64,000 nt of DNA from Macrostomum hystrix (GCA_950097015.1 CATNEN010000001.1:12276001-12340000); one strand, 5' to 3'; positions 39,383 through 51,901 are shown, numbered from the stretch's first letter. Made by a program: numbers and translations. The notes: generated by a model from the sequence alone, not told the origin.

Positions 39383-41044
39383 TCAGCGATTAAAAATCGC
39401 TGGAGTAGCAACACGGACAGCCACCTGCATCCCCTCTGCCTCCCACAGCATCCTGACGGAGGTGCCCTTGGCCTTGGAGGTGGCGGTTGCCATTGTGTTC
39501 GGTTTAGGAGTTGTGGTCGCAGCAGCCTGACCTGGGTCGAAACCAGTTGCAGCGGCTGGGGCAGGCATGACAGGCACTGGCGCAGTTCTGCCGGCCCTGC
39601 CGTAGAAGTCGGCCAGGTAATCGCTGTCAATGACGACCCTGCCCGAGTGGATGTCTGTGATTTGGATTGACCCTTGGAAGTCTAAGTCGTCATCCAAGAG
39701 CTCCAGCCCCAAGGCCGTGAGAGAGTCATGCACATCCTGGACTCCGTTGCGTGCCAGGACTGTGGCCACCCAGACTGCGATGTGGCCTCTGACGTTGGCA
39801 GGTCTTCCTCCCCCTAAACCGCCTCCTCCTCCTGCGCTACCTCCACCTCCTCCAGCTCCTCCGCCGCCACCTGCTCCTCCGTGGCCACCTCCTCCACCTC
39901 CACCGCCGCCTCCTCCGCCACCACCACCTCCAAGAGGCCCTGCACCTGGGACTATGAATGTCACCCTGGAAAGTGCTCCATTGGGTATCAAGCTTTTGTT
40001 GTGGTGGAACATTGGATTAGCTCCTGTTGTAGCCACCTGGTGCAGGATGTGTTCCTGCCCAGATGTCCCTGCGGCGCGCTCGTGAGGGTCTACAGCCTCC
40101 ATCGCAGACTATCTCAAAGACCTCAGCGTGAGCTGTGGCGAGTATGTCCACGGCTGAGTTGTGGCAGCATGCAGCCGCCATCCAGAAACGGTGTGCAGAC
40201 ATCCTCGCAGGATTTTCATGCAGCATGTTGGCTTGAAGGTCAGTCATGGCAGCCGCCAGTCTGGCCTCCTGCATGCGCGCCCATCTCCGCCAAGAATTGG
40301 CCCCGACAGAACGGCCACACGAAAACACCGCCACCCTGCGCAGGAAATTTTGTGCCTCCTCCATTTCCCCACCATGGGACATCATGTGGCGGATATACAA
40401 CAATATGTAATCGAGCATGAATTTGTTGGACATCATAATGCCCGCCGCCCCCTGTGGAGGGGGGAATGCCAGTGCAGCCGCTGCAAGGTCTAGCAGAGCT
40501 CGGTTTCTGGTCACAGGAGGGAGAGTTGGGTCCAACTCAAGGTCTGGCAGTGCATGCCCCTGATCAGCCCCCTGGCGAACTGGGTGCCTCTAGCCCCTCC
40601 AGTGTTCGCCCAGACATCTAGATCATCTAAGATGTCACGAGCAAAATTCGCTTGTTGGCCTGCGCTCTGGTTGCCAGCAACTGCATTTCTTTGCTTATGT
40701 TGCATATCGGCCCATAGGCCCACCACGGTTTGGATGTTAGCAGCAGGGAGGTTGGCAGGTACCTGATCACTCGGCAGCTGACGCAGGACACTTGCATTCA
40801 TGCCTGCTATCCTTCTGGCCGCCACGTTAGTGTCGGCAATCTCGGCTGCGATCCGTGCCTTGACTCCAAGGGTGGCTCCATCGGCCCACCTGTCACGGGC
40901 GGCCAAACAATCCTGCTGGGTGTGAGCAGATGCGTCCCAGAGTGCCCGGAACTGTTCCTTATCTATCAAAGAAGCGGCAGGCCGAGGCATGCCCCTCAAT
41001 CTTCCTCGCAGTATCTGATGCACCTGTGCGGAGATCTGCGCCAT
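39383..41044 (-). pseudogene. Orphan ORF of about 550 codons with two apparent frameshifts and a poly-Gly tract
   Basis: ATG in strong context (AAGATGG) at 41044; three consecutive overlapping ORFs of similar composition; CCAAT- and TATA-like motifs upstream. Confidence 0.55.
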
Positions 41045-41186
41045 CTTGACGGTTTTGTTCAAGGTTTCTTTGTTGAAAAAAGTTAAAAGCTGAGAGCCTG
41101 ATTGAGTGTAGTTGATTGGGTTTGGGGGTGCGTTCCTTGTGAGCGGAACGGTAGTGCGCAAGCGGAACGGTAGTGCGCGAGCGGGC

Positions 41187-41713
41187 CTAAAGCTCTTGGT
41201 TAAATAAACTAACAAACTGCAGAACAGGGCGATCGATAAATCTAGAATCTGGCCCCAGCCAATGAGCGTGTACGTTCACTGGTCTGGGTAGACGACATTG
41301 AGACACTAGCAAAACAAGCTGGGGCAGCGGCTCCGACAGTCGGGCCGCCTGCGACGCATCCGGGGAGTCGGCCTGCCTCCAGTTGGCGGCCCCGCTCCCG
41401 TTTCCCACCGGTTCCATCGGCTCGCTAGCTGACGGCGGCTTAAACCGCCTGGGGTGCCATCGGTGCCCGGCCAAGTGCGGGCAAGAGCGAGGGGCGGGGG
41501 TTGATTTGGATTCCCGCAGCTGCCGAGTAATCTCAGCGAGCTGCTGGGTTACCTTGGCCAGCTCCTGGGTCAGGAGGCGCTGGCTTTCTTGATGGCCGCG
41601 GGCCACACTGGGACTATGAATGTCACCCTGGAAAGTGCTCCATTGGGTATCAAGTCGGCGGGCGGGCGGCCAGTTCCGACCGCCTCCACCACTTCATCAT
41701 CCTGGTCGGACAT
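41187..41713 (-). pseudogene. Truncated gag-like N-terminus of the long-LTR element, disrupted by a 47-bp insertion
   Basis: ATG at 41713, 1.3 kb downstream of the PBS; coiled-coil LLTQELAKVTQQLAEITRQL; removing 41608-41654 restores the frame. Confidence 0.55.
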
Positions 41714-43043
41714 TTCGGCCAAAAGAGGAAATGAGGATTTTGCTTTGAAAAATGGGGGGGGGGTTTGTCGCTACTGCAACAATGGGGGAGGGATGAGGGC
41801 TGAGCAGTGCTCTGCGCACGGCCAGGGGCCGTGGGAAATAAATAAAGAAGAAAAGGCCCGGCTGACTTACGTCACCCGACCTAGAAAATGATCAAAGAGA
41901 ATTCCCGGCCTAATAAACAATCACTGCGATGCAGTGGCCGATAAGCAAACAAAGGAAAAGAGAAAAAGGGGAGAGAAAGGGTCTGGGGCCCTGGCTAGCT
42001 TTTGCTTCCAGCCTTGGCTACTGACAACTGCTTGCGCGCTCTCAAGTTTGGGACATAGAAGTCTAGGTTTTAACTTAGCACTCATTCTGCAACCCTAAAG
42101 CGGACTGTTACACTTTAGGTACGGCGGGGCCAGCACCACCACAAGCTTGCGCCTGCAGCAGCCTGCCACCCTACCTCGGAAAGTACACGACTCAAAAAGG
42201 CACTCAAGGAAGGGTCCATCCCCGACTCGCGTTACGCGATTTACGAAATCGTAAAAGAAAAAGGGGGCCCAGGGCGTATATAGAAACCCTGGGGCCCGCT
42301 CGGTTAGGAGGCCGTAGGGACATTTCCCGGACCTGCGTTTTAGACTTCCCCCACCAAGAATCTCCTCAGAGAGCCGTGCCGACCAGATTCTAGCCTATCC
42401 TTAATATCGGCCGCTTCGGGAGGCGGGGATGGGTATCATTGTAGACTCTCCAGGAACCCGGCTCCCCTAACACGTCCTCGACTAAGTTAGCCTTGGTCAA
42501 AGTTATGCGGCACCTTCGAAAGCAGATACAAGTCATCAGGCCCTCCGCGACACCTAGGAAAGGTCCATCCCCGAATTGCTCGGCGAGTCATCGGTTCCCG
42601 GCTGCATTGCCGGGGGCTCACTTCGCTCGGTTGGGAGGCCGTAGGGCATTGCCCGGTCCTGCGTTTAGACTTCCCTCACCAAAAGTTTCTCATAGAACCC
42701 AACAGCCTGCACCTGACATCCTGCAGTAGCCACATAACCCGAAGACCCTCTAACATGAAATCCGCTCACACAGCCTACTCACAGTAGAAATTCACTAATC
42801 AGAATTTTGGAAATTCTAACAAAAGCTAAATTAAATTGAAATAAAATTGCGACTGTTCGAAAATTAAATGACAGTCACTCGGACTGAGATTCACTCTCTA
42901 GAGATAAGATTTCGGCATACGGAAAATGAAATCTAGAAGGAGCCCTTTCGGCTAGCTACCACAGAAATCTGCAGCGCTAAACTAACAATTGAAATTTTTA
43001 AGTTCGTTTCGCGCCCTTTCTAGATCACCCCGGTGCCACCATT

Positions 43044-45277
43044 TGAAATGGTTAGTCATGGAGAAGATCATCCTGACATGGTTTGGGTGTTTTGCAACCG
43101 CTGACCTGCCCTGATGAGAGATGATTGCTAGAGCCGGGCGACATAGTCGATTAAATATCCGCCTAGCAACTCGCGAGATGTCGCGGAGAGAGAGAGGAGA
43201 TGAAGGGAGAGATGAGGAGGTTCAGTAGATGCAGGGAGTGATCCTATCGGCCTCAGGCTGGCCAGTCCCACTCGTCCCATAGGCCACAGGCATGACTGCC
43301 GTGCCTACCCCAAGCAATGCTGGAAACCGGCGAAAAGTCTAACGGGGCGTCGGATTATCCGGAATCGGACAAGACAGGGCTAGGTAGCCTACTGTCGTCA
43401 GTAGTGCGGTACGCCACTGACTCCTAGCTTTGGTAGCGGTGGTCGAATCGGCCTAGGCTCTTGTCACAGAACTGCGCAAAGGCTATCGGCAAAGCGGATA
43501 TATGATCTAGGGTAGCGCCACCACCCAATGCGCCTACGTTGCCACCGCAGGCATTTGGGAACTTGGGTCCCCGGAGTACACAGCTCCCAGTTTATCACGC
43601 AGATCTAGACAAGCCGAAAAATAGGGCATTCTGCAACTTCCGTTTTAGACTGGGGTGAGAGCTCCAGAATGGATCGAGACACGCCTCAAAGGGGATTCCT
43701 GAATTCGCGCTACAGGGGTCTAGAAAGGTGGTACTAAGAACTTGAATGAGAATCCATAGCCAGAATCCTACTCATAAGACATCAGACACATTCTATACAT
43801 TAGACTGCAGCCTACACATTAGGTAACTAACAAATCTGAATCTGTGTGAGTTGAGGAAATCAGAGGCTGGAGAGATTGAGCAGAACACTGGCTGAGTGAT
43901 TACGCAAGCGAAAGATTATTAGATCATCACTCTCGCTCCCGTGGCCGCAGTTGCGAGAGGAGGGGGACAGAAGGGAAGCTCCATTGGCAAGGGAGCTTGG
44001 CACGTACCCCTTGACCCACCAGGAAGAGAGGGAAACCGGCCAAGGAATCCCCCACCCCCGGCAGAGATGCACGTGCTACACTCCGCATCTGCTCGCGAAT
44101 CCCTAGCTCCTTATTACTTTTATGCGCGCTTACAGTTGTCTCCCCGCCGCAGCCTTCAGCTCGGCATCACCAGAGCCCACCCCCTAGGAGATTAGCCACT
44201 CATAGCTGAGGGCTGTCTAGTAGAGAAAATAAACAGAGGCAAACACTAGGTGAAAGGATTTAAGTTGTAATTAAAACTGGCCTAATGTAAAATTAAATGG
44301 CTAATGATGAAAGTTTATTAGGCTAAAAGTCCCCAATGCCCGTTCCCGCTATTGTGCCGCCTAACTAGTAGAATAATCCCTTAGGAGCAACAATTAAAAG
44401 ACCGCTACGCGGGTTACTTATCCGAAAGCCGATCGCGTGCTGCAGTCCTGTAGTTCTCGAGGGAGGGGTAGGGCAAGATCCGCAAGGACAGAGGAGGGGA
44501 AAGCCAAGTGTGAGCTGGCAGGGGCCAACACACCGGTGGAGCTCAGTGGCTCAATTCGAGAGCTCACCTAAAGAGGTGGCTTGTACTATTAGGAGCTTAT
44601 AGGCAGGCAATGAGCCTGTGAGCGCTAGATGAGCCTAAAGCTCGAGGGTCTAAACCCTAAGTGGGAGAGATTAAGTCCGGAAGGCCCGTCGGGGAAGACG
44701 GGTCCGCAAGCCGGTTAAGTCTCTGGGCCGAGGTCGGAAGGTCCGTCGGAAGGGTCCTGGGGGGAGCAGCGCAGCGCGCTTTCTTAAATAGTCCTTCAGC
44801 ACGCCAACCTCGACATTCATCAAAATAACCCACATTCGCGCCAGCCTGTCATCGAGGAATCGAAGCGGCGATGGCCACCCCGATTACCCAATGAACCGGC
44901 GGCGAGAAACGACAGATTCTCCTTTACGAGCAGCCGCCGGCAGTCGGTAAATAATTGTTACTCCGCCAGGACAATGGGAAGCGCAGGCGCCGACCTGCCT
45001 ACAGTGACATTTACATGTATCTAAGAGAGGAGGTCATAAAGTCGAGCTGGGCTCGAATACGGCCCGCGATCACTCATTCCTACAGGGCGCTAGAACAGAT
45101 CCAGGGAGAGGGGATTCGACGGCTACTTAATTCACCGCCGCCCCAAACCCGGCCCTAAGATGAATTTTCTTGCTTTGCGGCCGGCTGCTAGGTGGGTCGC
45201 GATTATTAACTGCCTAAAATTAGAAAAATTCTGCTGGCTCACATTCCCACTCGATTCCCGTAGCACACTCCACATCA
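43044..45277 (-). mobile_element. Long LTR (about 2.2 kb), copy A, followed by PBS (43041..43026) and a leader containing an imperfect direct repeat (~42205-42370 and ~42555-42700)
   Basis: Begins TGATGTGGAG and ends TTTCA, then AA and TGGTGGCACCGGGGTG. TATTTAAG at ~44790. Boundaries are defined by homology to 61708+ and 48330-49667. Confidence 0.75.
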
Positions 45278-46265
45278 CTACCTGGTCATGCAGGAAGGCT
45301 GACTGTAGGCTGTATATTGGAATTAGTCTGGCAACATGCCTGACCACCCATTAACGGCTTGACCGTCAGGGCCAAAACAGTTCGTGCAAGTTGCTGTGGT
45401 TCATGCTCTGCATACCCGATGGTATGACACCCACTGAATCGGAGCGATGGCTTGACATATACCTCGTCAAACAGAATTGAACAGCAGCGCTGGGATGTGC
45501 TGCATAGTTCAAGGTTTGACCGCACGATGCTTTGGCAGTCGGCATCTGTTCCAACGCTGCCGAGACCGCCGTTGTGTCGCTTGAGAGTAGCTGGATTGGG
45601 CAAGCAAGCGTACTGCCGCATGGTTCCATATGCTGCCCTGCCGGAAAAAAGAGCCCTCGGAAAAATGGCTGCAGTTAAGACGTCGCCAGAAGTGTATCGG
45701 ACTCCATTTGTATTTGCTAAGCTTAGCTTTAACTATCTCAACTGAAACGCCTGTCGTGGATTGTTGACTGGATCACAAGCAGCCTGCAAAGTCTCTAAAT
45801 ACTTGTCTAATTCAACAGACTGCGCGACTTGTGCATGCTTCACTCTGTGTAGCACAACGTCCAACTGGCTGAACCGCTTAAGTCGGTTTTAAAAACCCAG
45901 CAGATCCGTGATGTGCACTGATGTATTGCATCGGTGAGCGACTGATGTTAAGTAGCTTCTTATGGAAACAGGCATACACAGTTTGATCAGTAACTTTTAG
46001 CAGGTTCACATGTTTCGTCATGTGCATCAAACTCATCTAGTTCATCTGGGATTGAAGCTCGCTCATCCAAAAGCACGCGACGTCGGGACGCATCCCAAAA
46101 TTTCCCTGAAAAGTTCAATGATATCAAAATATTACTTTGTATCTCACTTGGAAATCTCACTTAGTACAGTTTGACGCAATGTGCTGGATGCAACAGATGG
46201 GAATGTACTTGGTGGATCAACAGGTTGTAGAAAGCGCTTCACCTTCACTATCCTTCGCAATCGGT
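45278..46265 (-). pseudogene. P-element/THAP9-like transposase fragment interrupted by the long LTR
   Basis: Y..MRQYACLPNPATL, CCSILFDEVYVKPSLRF and LARTVLAL are typical of the P-transposase core start; PVDPPSTF resembles a THAP C-terminus. Confidence 0.75.
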
Positions 46266-46269
46266 AGAT

Positions 46270-47680
46270 GAAACTGCCGTAGACTAGGAAATGCGGCGTA
46301 TAGCCCGTCACCAGATGAACAGCGGAGCGTAGCGCCATGAGGTTCTCGACCTGTCCATTGGAGGCTGGGTTGTACGGCGTAGCATAAAACTCTGGATCTC
46401 TGGATCGAGTTACGCGATCGTTGCACGAATTTGCCGCACCCGGACGAACCCGGAATGAGCGAGCTAACGGCGATGGCCGTCTAAGACAAGCCGAGACGGC
46501 TATGCCGAGCGCACCGCATGAGTACTTGCCGGCCAGTCCAGGCGGTCCGGCCGGGCGGGGCAACCGCGTACAACAACCTCTGTAAGAGAGAAAACAGGAG
46601 AAAGGGGAAAAACCCGCGAAGAGCGAGCGCGGGTGAAAAACCCCAAACCTGTGAGAAAGCGGGCTCCAACCTCCGCCTACCAGGAGACAAAAGCGACAAA
46701 AATGCGGGCTCCAACCTCCGCCTACCGGGAGAAACACGAGGAAAGGTGGGCGGGCTCCAACCTCCGCCAAAGGAGTGCGTGGGAGAACAATGGAACGAGA
46801 CGCATATGTATATAGAAGTAAAACGGCGGGCTCCAACCTCCGCCAAAGGAGCATACAGAAGCATAAGAACAAAGCGCGTAATGTTTAAGTTTTATGTTTT
46901 AAAATTTTTATTGTGTTTAGAGCATAGAATTCATATAACAAATACGAGAGCAATTAATAGGACGCATAGTGTTTAAGTTTTATGGCTTATGAGTTAACAG
47001 CAAGAATTTAGAAGGTCGAAGACGATGCGGACAGGAGCGCACGAACGCCAGACAGACTAATGCCCGGCGAGGGAGTCGAGCTCGGCGACGAACTGATCGA
47101 AGTCGCCAAGAACAGCGGGCGACGAAAGCATATACGGACGCACTTCGTCTAGCCGACCGGTAAGTGCTAGATAAAACAAGCAGCGGAACTGCCAGTTATA
47201 CCCGAGCGGCAGAAAGAAAATGCGCAAGCTTGGATCAAGGATGAAGAAGTCGCCAGCATCCTCCGGCACAAGGTTAGCAAAAGTCTCCAGACGCGCAACA
47301 GCGTCAGCAGTCTAAATGAAGGCGAAAGCGGCGCTAGACATGGCTGCAGCAAGAAGAGCAGAAACAGAATAATATGAAAAGAGAAACCTGCTTAAGAATA
47401 ATGAAGAGTTAGAGATCGAAGCAATGGTCGCAGAGACGCGAAAGAGAATGACACTCGCGGACGACAACGTCAGCGACGAGCTTTTGGAGCTCCTGCAGCT
47501 GAGCAAAAGTGTCCGGCGACGCTAGTGTAGTAGTGTCGGATCCCGTACAAGTTGCAAAACTTCTTGAAGGCGGATCCGGTGAAGTTGGTCCCTTGGTCCG
47601 TTTGGATCCAGCAGGGAACTCCGTACTCAGCAATGTGGCGCTCTTCTAGTAGCTTTATTAGCAACTTTATACACAACAAA
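46270..47680 (-). mobile_element. Gypsy integrase remnants (47680..47520 and 46390..46270) split by an unidentified ~1.1-kb insert
   Basis: YGVPCWIQTDQGTNF...YGIRH and TPYNPASNGQVENL...VTGYTPHFLVYG closely resemble the integrase at 53380..51959. Confidence 0.7.
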
Positions 47681-48329
47681 CGTTAGAACATATTTAAAAC
47701 ATGTATAAAACGTTTTCAAACTGTATCAATATGTTTGTCTAGATTTGTCGAATACTCGTAGTTAGACCACGGTAAGCATGCATTATTGCCTCTTCTCATT
47801 GTTGAGTAATATATGCTGCTTGTTCAGCTAGGTTCAGCAACGTTTTCTTTTGAAAATTCGATAGCCTTAGCCAACTCTTTTGTGTGAGCATGCTGAAAGT
47901 TAGTTCTCAAGGTATTTTTTATTTCGTCTGCTAAACTTGTTTAGTTGCTGCGAAACTAACAGACGTAGATTCAGATTATTCGATAGGCTTTAAGGTTGTA
48001 AAATAAACATTTACAATTGCTCTTCGTTTTGATCACGATACCGTCGCCTAACCTCTTTAGTAAGTTTTATGAGTTGTCTGTCTGTCCTTTGATACCGCTT
48101 TAGAGATTTAATGTCTGGAGAAATTTTTATGTTTTTATCTTCATTTTTGCTGTCTAAAAGGATAACCGATAATATTGCTGTTGTGTGTCTCAATGCAAAG
48201 GTTTCCAAAGAAGATATGACTTGATGCCAGGTAAAAAGGAATAATATTAGAACACTAAAATGACTTAATTAGGTCTCGATATACTCTCAGTAGCCAGATG
48301 TTTTGTCTTAATGGCCGGCATATTCAGCT

Positions 48330-49746
48330 AAGTAACGGTTTTTAATTGCTATTCCTAAGGGAACATTCTCTAGCTAGGCGGCGTTAGTAGCGGGAGACGG
48401 GCACGGGAATTTCAGCCTAATATATTAGTCATCATCAGTAGCCACTATTAAGCTATTAGGCCAATTTTAAAGTACAATTTAAATCCTTTCCTTGCTTGCT
48501 TTCTACTATTGATTTCTTTTTTAGACAGCCCTCGGACATGAGTGGCTAATTCACTAGGGGGTGGGCTCTGGCGAGGCCGAGCTGAAGGCTGCGGCGGGGA
48601 GACAACTGTAAGCGCGCATAAAAGTAATAAGGAGCTAGGGATTCGCGAGCAGATGCGGAGTGTAGCACGTGCATCTCTGCCGGTGGTGGGGGATTCCTTG
48701 GCCGGTTTCCCTCTCTTCCTGGTGGGTCAAGGGGTACGTGCCAAGCTCCCTTGCCAATGGAGCTTCCCTTCTGTCCCCCTCCTCTCGCAACTGCGGCCAC
48801 GGGAGCGAGAGTGATGATCTAATAATCTTTCGCTTGCGTAATCACTCAGCCAGTGTTCTGCTCAATCTCTCCAGCCTCTGATTTCCTCAACTCACACAGA
48901 TTCAGATTTGTTAGTTACCTAATGTGTAGGCTGCAGTCTAATGTATAGAATGTGTCTGATGTCTTATGAGTAGGATTCTGGCTATGGATTCTCATTCAAG
49001 TTCTTAGTACCACCTTTCTAGACCCCTGTAGCGCGAATTCAGGAATCCCCTTTGAGGCGTGTCTCGATCCATTCTGGAGCTCTCACCCCAGTCTAAAACG
49101 GAAGTTGCAGAATGCCCTATTTTTCGGCTTGTCTAGATCTGCGTGATAAACTGGGAGCTGTGTACTCCGGGGACCCAAGTTCCCAAATGCCTGCGGTGGC
49201 AACGTAGGCGCATTGGGTGGTGGCGCTATCCTCGATCAACTATCCGCTTTGCCGATAGCCTTTCCGCAGTTCTGTGACAGGAGCCTTGGCCGATTCGACC
49301 ACCGCTACCAAGGTTAGGAGTCAGTTGCGCACGCACTACTGACGACAGTAGACTAGTTAGCCCTGTCCTGTCCGATTCCGGGCAGTCCGACACCTCTCCT
49401 TAGACTTTTAGCCGGTTTCGAGCACTGCTTGAGGTAGGCACGGCAGTCATGCCTGTGGCCTATAGGACGAGTGGGACTGGCCAGCCTGAGGCCGATAGGA
49501 TCACTCCCTGCATCTACTGAACCTCCTCATCTCTCCCTTCATCTCCTCTCTCTCTCCGCGACATCTCGCGAGTTGCTAGGCGGATATTTAATCGACTATG
49601 TCGCCCGGCTCTAGCAATCATCTCTCATCAGGGCAGGTCAGCGGTTGAAAAACACCCACCCACTTCAAATGGTGGCACCGGGGTGGAATCTAGAAAGGGC
49701 GCGAAACGAACTTGAAATTTCAATTGTCAGTTTAGCGCCGCAGATT
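48330..49746 (+). mobile_element. Long-LTR family copy B: 3' part of the LTR (to 49667), PBS (49670-49685) and leader start; inverted relative to copy A
   Basis: Reverse complement of ~42965-44410; identical PBS. Confidence 0.8.
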
Positions 49747-50959
49747 ACTAGCAAGTTTTGCCCCCTTCGGGGAGCAGAAATTATTTTAATTCGTCTAATA
49801 TATACCTTTTAGCAGGAGTACTTTAAGTTTCTTTCTTAAGCTTAAGCTTAAAATAGGAATTTTTAGAGATCGTTAATAACGCATTTTAGGTAAAACAAAA
49901 CTATCAACTTTTTTCGGTGTCTTTATTTAGAGCCCTGTGTTGTACCTGTGGTAGCGTGGCACACACAATTGGTAAAAATAACCAAGACAGGAACTAGATT
50001 TCGAGAGAGAGAGAGTTTATACCGGCCTCAACACTGAATGCTTCGTAGCAGTGGACAACCCGGTAGTCAGGCTAGATTTACCTAGTTTTCTCGGTCTTGT
50101 CTTGAATCAAACAATGATTCTTGCAACCTGGTTCTGCTCTGAAATCTGACGATGTACTCTGCTTCGAAACGCAGTACACGGTCTGACTTCACTATAAGTA
50201 AGCAGTAGTTTAGCTCGCAAACGTAGACACCAACAATGCAAGAGTTGCAAGGGATGCAAGACGTAAGTGTCGCAAAACGGAATGAAGACTGGAGACAAGA
50301 AACGTGCATATTCGTACAGAAGTTGTGTTTACCATGGCACTAACACCATCTCAAGAATTCGTCGGACTGTGCTCTACTCATAGTAGGAGCATTTGAGCGT
50401 TGTTATGCCAGTCTTCTTCCGAACTTAAGCGATTGCACCATGGTGTGCAATGTGACTCAGTGCGCAGACAGAGCTGGAACAATAGAACGAGAGAGGAGGG
50501 GGGTGGCGAGCGGAAGTGACAGTGCACGGGAAACACTAACTACCAACCCCAAGCCCTCCCACAGACCTAGAACAGCCTGACTCACAGATTGCCTGGAGGC
50601 TGCTCAGCAGTCTACAGCACATCATTCTCCTCCAGCTAAAGGATGACGGTCAACACCGGCTGGCCGTCAGCCGCACTTAAACCAAAAACTCAGGTAAGTA
50701 CCTTTTTATTTCCTTGTATCCGTCAATTCATCAATAAATTCCACGATACATTCGACTACAAACGAAAAAAAACAATCATCATCCGTACTCGCTACAAAAA
50801 AACAAACTACTGAATAAAACAGAACAAACAGTTACAAGCAGACAGTAAAAAAAAGGACTATTAAAGGCGTCCACAACCAGGGAAGACTCCCTTCCGGGTC
50901 ACACATCCTCTCTGGATAAAACCTGATAGTGGAGGGTGGCGCTCAAACTGTCTCGTTCT

Positions 50960-51901
50960 TCACACCGGGGCCATACGTGCCAGTGCCTCCGGCATCCACC
51001 ATTCTTCGACGAGCTCCACCACCACCTGGCCGTTCCTAGCTCTAATCTGGTATGGCGCCGTAGCTAAGCCGCCCACCATCATTTCGGCCCGTGCCGCAGC
51101 TTCCTGGGCCATTTCTCGTCGAGTGGCCCGGTCTTCTGCGGCGAACGCCTGGTGAACCTCCATAGGCCAGCCTTCTTCTCTCTCCATCCGAGAGGCGCGT
51201 GCCAGCGATTCGGCCACCCGCGCAATAGCCACCTCACGTGCTGGCGCTCTGTGGCCCCATTGGGCTCGGCGCTGCCGGCGTCGCTGGGTACCGCCCCTGC
51301 GTCGTCTGGGCCTGGCAGCAGCCCCCTCTAACTCTTCGACGCTGTCATCCGAGGATGACCTCGACGGCGAGGGAGGATTGAACACGGGTGGCGCTGCTGG
51401 TCCCTCCGGCACGTCTTCCCGCTCGCTATCCTCTTCTTCTAACATGCCTTCATCCTCCGATGAGGGCATCCCAAACTGCAACTGGGCCCACAGGTCTTCG
51501 TTAACATCAACCTGTACGTCCATCGACCCACTGCTGCTGGAACTTAGCCGTGGACGCGCTGCCTGACAGGCCGCGTCCTGAGCCTCGGCGACCGCCAAGC
51601 TGGCCTGATCCCTTTTGGCCCTAGGGACCTCATGGGGGGCCTCTGACGCAACTCGCTTTCTCTGTGAACATCGGGGGAGGGCGGGCATAAAGTGCTGATG
51701 CCAGTTCGGTGAGCGCTGTCCCAAGGGGAAGGGCGCACTGTTCCCAAACTGACACCTCAAGAGTGCTAATCGGTTACTCACTGGCTCCTGGCGCTCCTTC
51801 AAGGGGCTCTTGGCTGTCTCCTGCACTCGACGTGTGGGAGCCGGCAATTTTGGCCTCGTGGCCACTCTTTCTTCTGGCCCCCAATTTTCTTTAGAGTTCA
51901 T
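50960..51901 (-). CDS. Extra ORF3 of the Gypsy element, 313 aa, unknown function
   Basis: Intact ATG-to-stop ORF between pol and the 3' LTR, with acidic and Arg-rich blocks; no signal peptide or TM segment evident. Confidence 0.7.
   Translation of the reverse strand: MNSKENWGPEERVATRPKLPAPTRRVQETAKSPLKERQEPVSNRLALLRCQFGNSAPFPLGQRSPNWHQHFMPALPRCSQRKRVASEAPHEVPRAKRDQASLAVAEAQDAACQAARPRLSSSSSGSMDVQVDVNEDLWAQLQFGMPSSEDEGMLEEEDSEREDVPEGPAAPPVFNPPSPSRSSSDDSVEELEGAAARPRRRRGGTQRRRQRRAQWGHRAPAREVAIARVAESLARASRMEREEGWPMEVHQAFAAEDRATRREMAQEAAARAEMMVGGLATAPYQIRARNGQVVVELVEEWWMPEALARMAPV

Noticed and set aside
46659-46844. Mini-CRISPR interpretation of the 19-bp repeats
   Set aside because: Only four short repeats with uneven, partly similar spacers and no cas genes
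42965-49746. Terminal inverted repeats of a DIRS, Polinton or foldback element
   Set aside because: Each arm ends in CA followed by a PBS pointing outward, so they are two LTR copies; no recombinase or polymerase lies between them
50960-51901. env gene
   Set aside because: No signal peptide, transmembrane helix or Cys-rich ectodomain
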